The notes beneath the pieces were generated by a model. The model ran no database searches and was not told the DNA's origin. It saw nothing but the letters and a program-made list of their open reading frames with translations. Below are positions 55,401-64,000 of a DNA stretch of 64,000 bases, piece by piece. Made by a program: the position numbers and the translations under genes. Within the stretch, counting starts at the first letter, position 1. Each line of letters starts with the position of its first letter. Source of the DNA: Mobula hypostoma (taxonomy: Eukaryota). The stretch spans positions 17,980,001-18,044,000 of the forward strand of contig NC_086097.1 of the NCBI RefSeq assembly GCF_963921235.1, in the 5' to 3' direction.

Positions 55401-58400
55401 GATTCCCTCCTCCACCTAGGATATGCTCTCTTCTCACTGTAGCCATCAAGGAAGAAGGTACAGGAGCCTCGGCTCCATCAGACTCTTGAACTAAATGGGA
55501 TAACTTCACCTGCCCCATCATTGAAATCTTCCCACAACCAATGGACTCACCTTCAAGGACTCTTCATCTCATATTCTTGATATTTATTTATTTATTTATT
55601 ATTTATTATTGCTTTCTTTTTGTATTGACACAGTTTGTTGTCTTTTGGACACTGGTTGAATGCCTAGTTTGGTGTGGTTTTTTATTGATTCTGTTATGGT
55701 TATTATTCTATGGATTTATTGAGTATGCCACTAGAAAATGAATCTTAGGGTTGTATATGGTGATGTATATGTATTTTGACAATAAAGTTTCTTTAAATTT
55801 TGTAGTTTAAAAGAGTCAGTCAGTCAGATAACTGACCAAGTTATCAGTTGATCTTGTTTTTATCATGGGGCCTTCAACAGTGCTGAATCTGAACTTGAAT
55901 TTTTATTTCAGTCTGCAGCTTGTGTAATGCAATGTAGATTTTTTTTCTAGGTTACTGGACAAATTAAAACGTTGAGGTTTTCAAACTTATGTTTGTGAAA
56001 ATTAATTTGTGCATACTAATTCATTTTCTTGTTTGAGTTATAAAACTGTAGTTGTTATTTTCTACAAATAGATGGCTATGGAGGCCAAGTCATTGGGCAT
56101 ATTTAAAGCAGAAGTTGTTAGGTTCTTGATTATGGGGGGCAGGCAGGAGGGGTTGAGAGGGATAATAAATCAGCCATGATGGATTGGCAGAGATGACTTA
56201 ATGGGCCGAAGGGCCTAATTCTGCTCCTATGTCTTATGGTCTTATAATGAGGTCTTTGCTGATAAAGTCAGCAATTATTGTTCATGCTGAACTGTTCTTG
56301 CAAAAATGCTATTTATTCCTCGAACTCTTGAAGGTACTTTAGTGGTCAGTTGACTGAGTTGTTCTGGAACTTTCCAACACTATTAACAAAGAAATGTCAG
56401 TGTATTTCCAAGCTTGGATGCTGTGTGACTTGGAAGCGTGGCCAGATTCCCTGCAGCTGTGATAAATCTGAAATACAAACAGAAAATGCTGAAAACGTGC
56501 AGCAGGTCAGGCATCATCTGTGTAGAGTTAACAGATTGTGCCGAAGACTCTTTGGCAGAACTGAGAAAGAGAAAATAATGTTAATTTTAAATTCCAGAGA
56601 GTAAGGGGCAATGGGTAGGACAAAGAAAATGTCTCTGAGGGTGATACCAGAATTGCTGTGCTCTGGTTAATGGATTAGTAAAGTTAGTTTAAAAAAAGGG
56701 AACAAAGGCTATGATATGAACCAGTATTAGGTTTGTTACCACTGACTTGTATAAATTGAAATGTGTTGTTTTGTGGCAGCATTAGAGTGCAAAGAGATTA
56801 AAAAATTACTAAAACTACAAAATAAACAGTGAAAATATAACTCACGAAACAATGACTCGTGACAATGGAGGGGGAGAATAGTTGAGTGTGTGTCTTTACT
56901 TTCCTCTACCTTCTCCCCAATGATAGTAAAACGAAGAGGGTATGACCCAGGTGGCCAGGATTCTTAGTAATTAACGTCTTCTTGAGATACTGGCTCTTGA
57001 AAATGTCCTCAATGGTGGGAAGAGTTGCACCTATGATAAAGCTGGCTTAAGTCTACAAACCCTCTGCAGCTACTTGTGATCCTAGGTATTGGATTTTCCA
57101 TACCAGGCGGTGATGCAACCAGCCAGAATGCTGTTCATGGTATGCCTATAGAAATTTGCAAGTTTCTTTGGTGACTCAGACTCCACTGGTGTGCTTTCTT
57201 CATGAATCCATCAAAGTATTGCACCCAGGAACGTGAAGCTGCTCGCCTTCATCCAGCACTGACTGTTCAGTGCAGATTTGTATATGTTCTCCCAGCCTCC
57301 TGACCTGAGAGCAGATAGGGATTGAAAATACAGAGAATGGATTATGAAAAGATATAAAACGCAGGGCTGAAAGATGAGCAGGTAGGTTAAGGTGTGGAGA
57401 AAAGAATCTGAACCAAGATGGCATTTAGATGACTTGCAGCCCAAAAGGTCAGTCTGATATAGATAGAAATAAGCAAGTTGTGATATTGGGTCCAAGATAC
57501 TGCAGTGTGCTCAAACAGATGGTAAGGTGATATTCCTCATGTTTACGTTTTGCTTTGTTATATAAATGTGCAGGAAGCCATAGATCACAATAGGATAAAG
57601 AACTAAAGCACAGTCATGTAGAAAACTTGAGGTCCTCCTTCCTGCACGCTCTGCAAATTAGTAAATCAATTTGTGATTAGCTTCTTAAATATTAGAGAAG
57701 ACCACATTGCCTATCACGTGATTTGGAGATGGAAAGATCTTCTTTTCACATTATATGTCAGTGATCTGGATGAGCGAATTGATGACTTTGTGGCCAAGTT
57801 TGTGAACAATATGAAGATGGGTAGAGGGGCAGGTAGCATTGAGGAAACAGGGAGGCTGCAGAAGACTTGAACAGATTAGGAGAATGGGCAAAGAAGTGGC
57901 AGCATTCATTTCGAGAGGACTAGAATAAAAAAGCAAGGATATAATACTGAGGCTTTATAAGGCACTAGTCAGGTGGCCGTTGGAGAATTGTGAGCAGTTT
58001 TGAATCTCTTATCTAAGAAAAAATGTGCTGGCATTGGAGAGGGTCCAGAGGAGATTCACGTAAATGATTCCAGGGATAAAAGGGTTAATATATGAGGAGC
58101 GTTTGATGGCTCTGAGCCTGTACTCGCTGGAGTTTTGAAGAATGAGGGGGGGACCTCATTGAAAGCCATCGAATATTGAAAAGCCTAAATAGAGTGGATA
58201 CGGAGAGTATGTTTCTTGTAGTGGGGGAGTCTCGGACCGAAGGGCACAGCTTCTGAATAGAGGGATGCTCCTTTAGAGCAGAGATGAGGAATTTCTTTCA
58301 CCAGAGAGTGGTGAACCTGTGGAATTCATTGTCACGGACAGCTGTGGAAGCCAAGTCATTGGGTATATTTAAAGCAGATGTCGATGAGTATTTGATTAGT

Positions 58401-61400
58401 AAGACATCAAAGATTATGGGTAGAAGGCAGGAAAATAGGGTTGAGAGGGAATATAAATCAGGCATGATGGAATGACAGAGAATTGTCTAATTCTGCTTCA
58501 ATGAGCTGAATGTCCTAATTCTGCTCTTATGTCTTATGATCTTACCTAGGAAGGGAAGGAAATAGTCAAAGATGGACCATGTGAGGGTGAGAGGTAAAGC
58601 TGGGTGGAGAGATGGGTTCAGCAGAAAGTGGAAGGAGAGAATGACTAGGAGGGCATTCTATATCAAGAATTATGAGAGCTTGGAAACTTTCCTACTTGAT
58701 AGCAGATCTGAGGTAGAGTGAGTCGGTGTTGTTGCAGTATTGGGACTACTACTTTTCACATTGTCACTGATTTGGATAATGGAGTTGATGGCTTTCTGGG
58801 AAGTTTGTAGGTGATACAAAGATAGGTGGAGGGGTAGGTAGTGCTGAGGAAGCAATGTGATTGCAGCAGGACTTAGATGAATTGGAAGGATGGGCAAAAA
58901 AGTGGCAGATGGAATACAGGATTGGGAAACACAGGATAATGCATTTTGATAAAAGGAACAACAGTGCGGACTATTGTCTAAATGGGAAGAAGGTTCAAAC
59001 ATCACAGGTGCAGAGGGACTTAGGAGTCCTCGTGCAAGACTCCCAGGTTAATTCACAGTTTGAGTCTGTGGTAGCGAAGGCAAATGGCATTTATTTCAAG
59101 GAAAATAGAATATAAAGGCAAAGAGATAATGCTGAGGCTTTATAAGACACTAGTCAGGCTGCACTTGGAGAAATTGTTAACTGTTTTGGGCCCCATATCT
59201 TAGAAAGATTTGTTGTCATTGGAAGGAGTCCGGAGGAGGTTCACGAGGATGATTCCGAGAATGAAGGGGTTAACACGAGGATCATTTGGCAGCTATGGGC
59301 CTGTACTCACTGGAATTTAGAAGATTCCAGTGAGTTGAATTTTTTGCGGGGTATCTCATTGAAACCTACCAAATATTTTAAGGCTAGATGTGGAGATGTT
59401 TCTAATGGTGAGGGTATTCAGAACTAGAGAGCACAGCCTTAAAATTGAGGGGTGATCTTTTAGATTAGAGGTAAGGAGGTTTTTTTTCAGCCAGAGAACA
59501 GTGAATCTATGGAATGCTCTGCCGCAGACTGCGGTGGAGGCCAAGTCCACGGGTATATTTAAGGTAGAAGTTGATAATTTCCTGATTGGTCAGGGCATCA
59601 AAAGATATGGCGTCTTAGTTTGGAGAAAATTAGAAGTTGAACTTTTGAACCTACGTGTGATTTTGAGAAAAGATGGGGTTCATTTGCTCATTACTATCAT
59701 TTGAGTTAATTGATAGATTTCCTCCACGATCTAATTGTAAATCTTTGATATATTTTTTTTCTTGCTGGCGGTTTGATGTTTATCTTTAGAAGCTTTTTGT
59801 ATGACGCATGGCTCCGGGGTTGAACACCTAATGGTTTTTTTTCTCACTTTTCCTTGCTTAGTAGGGTTTTTTTTTTCTCTTTCTTTTTGTCACCAAATTT
59901 TTTTCAATCTTTAAAACAATGTTTTTTTCGTGAGACATTGTAAGTGTTGCCTACTTCGAGATACTCTTGTTAATTTTGGATAATAATAAAAAAAAGATTT
60001 GAAAAGAGAAAAAAAGGCAGGTGAATGGGGTTGAGTGGGATCCAGGATCAGCCATGATAGAATGGCACAGCAGACTCGATGGGCTGGATGGCCTAATTCT
60101 GCTCCTATGATTTATGGTCTAATTCCAGATATTAGAAATCTAAATTAAAAGTTACAAAGTAGCATGTAACACACTTTAATACAGAAATGTTGACAATTTG
60201 CTCACTAAGTGGCAATAGGAAGAAACAATGTTTGCTCTATTGATGACTGGAAGCCTGTATGTTCCTGGATTTACCTTGAGGTTTCAACTTTGCTTTAATG
60301 TGGGCCATTGGTGCTGCTACTGTATTCTGTAAGATGCAAAACAAATGAACAAAGCAAAGGCTAAACGGAAAGCAACTGAGTGTTTGTCAGAGGATACTGT
60401 TAAAGTGGAGCAGATATAATTTGTATTCCTTCTTGGTTATAACTTCTCAAATTTGGTATTACTTTCATGCTGCTTGTTTCTTAATTGACTTTTAACTTAG
60501 TTAACCAACTTTCCCTCCTCCCATTCCCAAGTGGGTAGTTATGAAATTTGAAGATCAGATCCAAACCTTCCCTGTGCCATATACTTAATTGGAAATCCAT
60601 GGTGTTTCTAAGAGTACTAGATATAACAAATAACTATTGATTGCTCAATTTTAACTTTTCGTTTGGATTACTGAAGAGACATCACTTTTTGAAGGGTGTA
60701 GAATAGGGTAAGTGCAAGCAAGCTTTTTTCGCTAAGGTGGATGAGACTAGAGCTAGAGGTCATGGGTTCCAGGTGAAAGGTGAAATGTTTAAGGGGAACG
60801 TGAGGAAGGTCTTCTTCGTTCAGAGGGTGGTGAGAATGTGGAACAAGCTGCCAGGTGGAAGTGATGGATACAGGTTTGATTTCAACATGTAAGAGAGATT
60901 TCGATAGGTACATGGATGGGAGCGGTATGGAGGGCTCTGGTCCAGGTGCAGGTCTACAGGACTAGGCAGGATAATAGTTTAGCACAGACAAGACGGGCTG
61001 AAGGGCCTCCTTCTGTACTGTGGTGCTCTGTGACTTTAAAAGGTATTTGTAATAGGTGGGACTTCTTTGTAAGGGGGCACTGGAATCTGAAGCAGTAGAG
61101 TAACTCAGTAGGTCAGGTGTGTCTATGCAGGGAAATGGACAGTCAGTGTTTCAGGTACAACGTCTGGGTACTGGCACTCAATGTCAGTAAGACAAAAGAG
61201 CTAATTGTGGACTTCAGGAAGGGTAACATATACCAACCCTCATAGAGGGATCAGAAGTGGAGAGTGATCAGCTTCAAGTTCCTGGGTGTCAAGATCCCTG
61301 AAGATCTAACCTGGTCCCAACATATCGATATAGTTATAAAGAAGTCAAGACAGCGGCTATACTTCATTAGGAGTTTGAAGAGATTTGGCATGTCAACAAA

Positions 61401-63062
61401 TACACTCAAAAATTTCTATAGTTGTACTGTGGAGAGTATTCTGACAGGCTGCATCACTGTCTGGTATGGAGGGGCGACTGCACAGGACCAAAAGATGCTG
61501 CAGAAGGTTGTAGATCTAGTCAACTCTGTCTTGGGTACTAGCCTACAAAATACCCGGGACATCTTCAGGGAGCAGTGTCTCAGAAAGGCAGCGTCCATTA
61601 TTGAGGACCACCAGCACCCAGGGCATGCCCTTTTCTCACTGTTACCATCAGGTAGGAGGTACAGAAGCCTGAAGGCACACACTCAGCGACTCAAGAACAG
61701 TTTCTTCCCCTCTGTCATCCGATTCCCAAATAGACATTGAATCTCACTTTTTTTTTAATATACAGTATGTTTTTTAAAAATCTATTCAATATACGTAATT
61801 GATTTATTTGATTGTTTATTATTTTTTATTTTATTTATTATTTTTTTCTCTCTGCTAGATTATGTATTGCATTGAACTGCTGCCGCTAAGTTAACAAATT
61901 TCACATCACATGCCAATGATAATAAACCTGATTCTGATTCTAATTCTGAGGTTGAGACTCTCCACCTTGGCCAGTATAAAACAGGGGAGGGGATAGAGCA
62001 AGAAGCGTGAATTTATAAGTTGTTAGACTCCTAATAGAAATATATTTTTCTTCTCAGCAGGAGCCTTTCATGTAATTATATTTCATCATAGCTTAACCTG
62101 GTACTTGAGATAATGTTGCATGACTTTTAGGTGTAATCTTGTTCCATTTACTTATTGAGATGAATCTAATATATTCAGTAGCATTAGTTGAAAATGAATA
62201 GGGATTCCTTCACATTGAGGCCAATTATTGCCTTTCAAGTAATACCAGCTATATATAAATTAGTCATTATTGTATGTTACACCATGTGTTATTTTGGCTG
62301 CTATTAGTCCTAAAGAGCTGGAAGTGCTTTGAATACAAGTTTCTTTCATCCCTAACTTGCCTGATGAAATGAGTAAAGTTTGTGGTCTAACATTCAAATA
62401 GAATAATCCATAACCACTGACCCTCAACTGCTGTTACTAACTCGTTATGGTGAAGTGCTGACATAATTGGAAGTTCTGCCACCTTTGGAGTCAAAGAGAA
62501 TTAATACCAGCACACGGTGAAAGTGAACAGGTTGCTGATGTATGCTTGAGATTAATGGCAGGTTAATTCAGGGCCAACTGTCATTTCTCAAGTGTGTTCA
62601 CACTGACTATTTAAGGAATCAGTGAGATCAGTCTGAATTCCTACAGTATTTTTTGTTGTTTGCTGGCTGTGGTGTGCCGAACAGTGCACTTTCAAAATTT
62701 GTGTACTCCATGTAGGCTTCTGGTAAGTGCAGCAAGCTTCTTCCACAATTGACACAGGGCTCTTTAATAGACTTGAGTAAAGGGTAAAACTGCATTAGTT
62801 ACTTATACTTGTCGGGATGTTTTCTGTTTTGTCCACTCTTCTGCTAACTATTTTAATTTTTGTGTTTTTTAACAGGGTGCAATGTTGGCCCACTTCTTTG
62901 CAGAGCCAACCTCTGTTATTAGCTAATGTATCTCGCCTTGTGGCATGCCAACAATTATTAAACACTCGATTAAATAGAAGGTGCTTCTCAGCTGGTCAAG
63001 AAACTGAATCAAAGTCTGGTACATCCCAGGATACAGTGACACTCAGTGATAGCTGTGTTAAG
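52407..63062 (+). CDS. ISCA2: Iron-sulfur cluster assembly 2, mitochondrial; partial, exons 1-2 join(52407-52468,62876-63062); the gene continues beyond the window
   Basis: Exon 1 MVVSGLLRRSLLVAVGFCCR ends AG|GTGAG (phase 2). It splices in frame to exon 2 (tttttaacag|G) RVQCWPT...NRRCFSAGQETESKSGTSQDTVTLSDSCVK|GTAAAG. The motif (V/I)xL(S/T)DSCV closes exon 2 in ISCA2 orthologues, and the position head-to-head with NPC2 matches mammalian synteny. Confidence 0.88.
53960..55790 (+). mobile_element. Rex1/Babar-type LINE, degenerate
   Basis: DYHPVALTPTVIKCF, WIPDFLT, STGAP, KFADGTTV, NVNKTKELIID remnants; AATAAA tail near 55781. Confidence 0.8.
54747..54965 (-). mobile_element. tRNA-derived CORE-type SINE nested in the LINE
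   Basis: A box TAGCAAGTGG, B box GTTCGAGAC, CORE-like GTGTCCTTGAGCAAGGCACTTAA; TSD GTGCCATAAC at 54737-54746 and 54961-54970. Confidence 0.75.
57735..58545 (+). mobile_element. CR1 LINE 3' end with internal deletion
   Basis: FTLYVSDLDE..VAKFVNNMK; [15 protein letters not shown]; CTTATG-type tail. Confidence 0.82.
58735..60120 (+). mobile_element. CR1 LINE 3' end interrupted by a T-rich, A-tailed (L1/Tx1-like) 3' fragment at ~59612-60015
   Basis: QQDLDELEGWAKKWQMEY; the CR1 3' UTR resumes at aaggcaggtgaatggggttgag after an A-rich tail. Confidence 0.78.
60690..61035 (+). mobile_element. CR1 LINE 3' terminal fragment (second subfamily)
   Basis: Homologous to 13030-13345. Confidence 0.75.
61165..61947 (+). 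mobile_element. Rex1/L2-type LINE 3' part
   Basis: LNVSKTKELIVDFR, FKFLGV, RQRLYFIR.LK, ESILTGCITVWYG, HPGHALFSLLPSGRRYRS; AATAAA + (GATTCT)n tail. Confidence 0.85.
62876..63062 (+). CDS. ISCA2: ISCA2 exon 2
   Basis: Branch-like ctaac, polypyrimidine tract and aacag acceptor; ends TLSDSCVK, AAG|GTAAAG; R-3-type processing motif RCF|S. Confidence 0.88.
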
Positions 63063-63309
63063 GTAAAGTTCAAAAGATGCCGAAGATCGGTTTCAATAGC
63101 CATTTGTCACTGGTATCGCACTATTTCCCTTTATGTTTAGAGATTCTTTTTCCAAGTAGGATAGCTGTAGGAAGTGAAGAAAATACCAGTTGCAAATATA
63201 GGGGATACCAGTTAAACGTAGCCCAATATCATGTTTATAACTCAGAGGAAATCGATTTTCCGACTTTAGACCTATATCCATAACTTAAACATAAAACCTA
63301 AACATGTTG

Positions 63310-64000
63310 AGCTCCTGGTTAAGTGAAGGAAGGAGGTGCCTAGAGGTATATATAGGTAGGTAGGAACGAATAAGATACTTCAGGAGTATAAGAAATGCAA
63401 GAGAACACTTAAGAAGGAAATCAGGAAGACTAAAAGAAGGCATGAGTTTGCTCCAGCTGACAAGGTGAAGGAAAACCCGAAGGGCTTCAACAGATATGTT
63501 AAGAGCAGAAGGATAACAAGGGACAAAATTAGTCCTCTGGAAGATCAGAGTGGTGATCTATGTGTGGAGCTGAAAGAGATGTGGAGGAGATCTTAAATGG
63601 AGTTTCTGCATCTGTATTTACTCGGCAGACAGAAGTGTTTGCTGCCTTGAGGTAAATTAGGGTGGATAAATCCCCAGGGCCGGACAAGGCATTCCCTCGG
63701 AGCCTGTGGCAGGCTAGCGCAGAATTTACAGGAGCCCTAGCAGAGATATTTAAAGCATCCTTAGTCATGTGTGAGTTGCTTCAGGATTCGAGGCTAGCTA
63801 ATGTTGTTCTGTTGCTTAAGAAAGGCTCTAAAAATAAGCCAGGAAATCATAGTCATAATCATACTTTATTGATCCCGGGGGAAATGGTTTTCGTTACAGT
63901 TGCACCATAAATAATAAATAGTAATAGAACCATAAATAGTTAAATAGTAATATGTAAATTATGCCAGTAAATTATGAAATAATTGAGCCTGACATCAGTA
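63310..64000 (+). mobile_element. CR1 LINE fragment with nested minus-strand Rex1 tail (63848-63980); runs off the window
   Basis: DKSPGPDK..PR.L..ANVV.L.KKG.K.KPGN; the tail matches 43595-43735. Confidence 0.78.

Noticed and set aside
62817-62875. Signal-peptide-like N-terminus (MFSVLSTLLLTILIFVFF) of ORF 62817-63140
   Set aside because: It is the translated polypyrimidine tract of ISCA2 intron 1; the exon starts at 62876.

Overview
Vertebrate genomic DNA, most likely a cartilaginous fish (ray or shark; inferred from the repeat complement). It is dominated by retroelements. Host genes rebuilt by hand from GT-AG splice sites: (i) two intact tandem NPC2 paralogues on the minus strand, each with 4 coding exons. 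NPC2-A is 38693->18005 (153 aa) and NPC2-B is 51755->44320 (150 aa); they are about 60% identical in the mature region. (ii) The first two exons of ISCA2 on the plus strand (52407-52468, 62876-63062), head-to-head with NPC2-B across a ~650-bp CCAAT/GC/ETS-rich bidirectional promoter, as in mammals. The rest is a nested mosaic: a Gypsy 3' half with LTR, many CR1 LINEs, Rex1/Babar LINEs, an RTE LINE, an internally deleted HERO-like element, a Tc1 transposon, tRNA-derived SINEs and a young Penelope-like element (PLE) family. Main observations: (1) The PLE pseudo-LTR carries a 36-nt minimal type I hammerhead ribozyme, with four core-intact copies, two of them sense-oriented inside NPC2 introns just upstream of 3' splice sites. 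(2) NPC2-B intron 1 holds a TSD-flanked 179-bp-arm PLE palindrome, a competing fragment and substrate half-sites. (3) Inverted ~1.2-kb PLE copies flank NPC2-A exon 3. (4) The NPC2-A upstream region is a 31-bp minisatellite giving eight helically phased CCAAT boxes. (5) NPC2-B has a W122C change in the sterol pocket. All functional interpretations are untested inferences.
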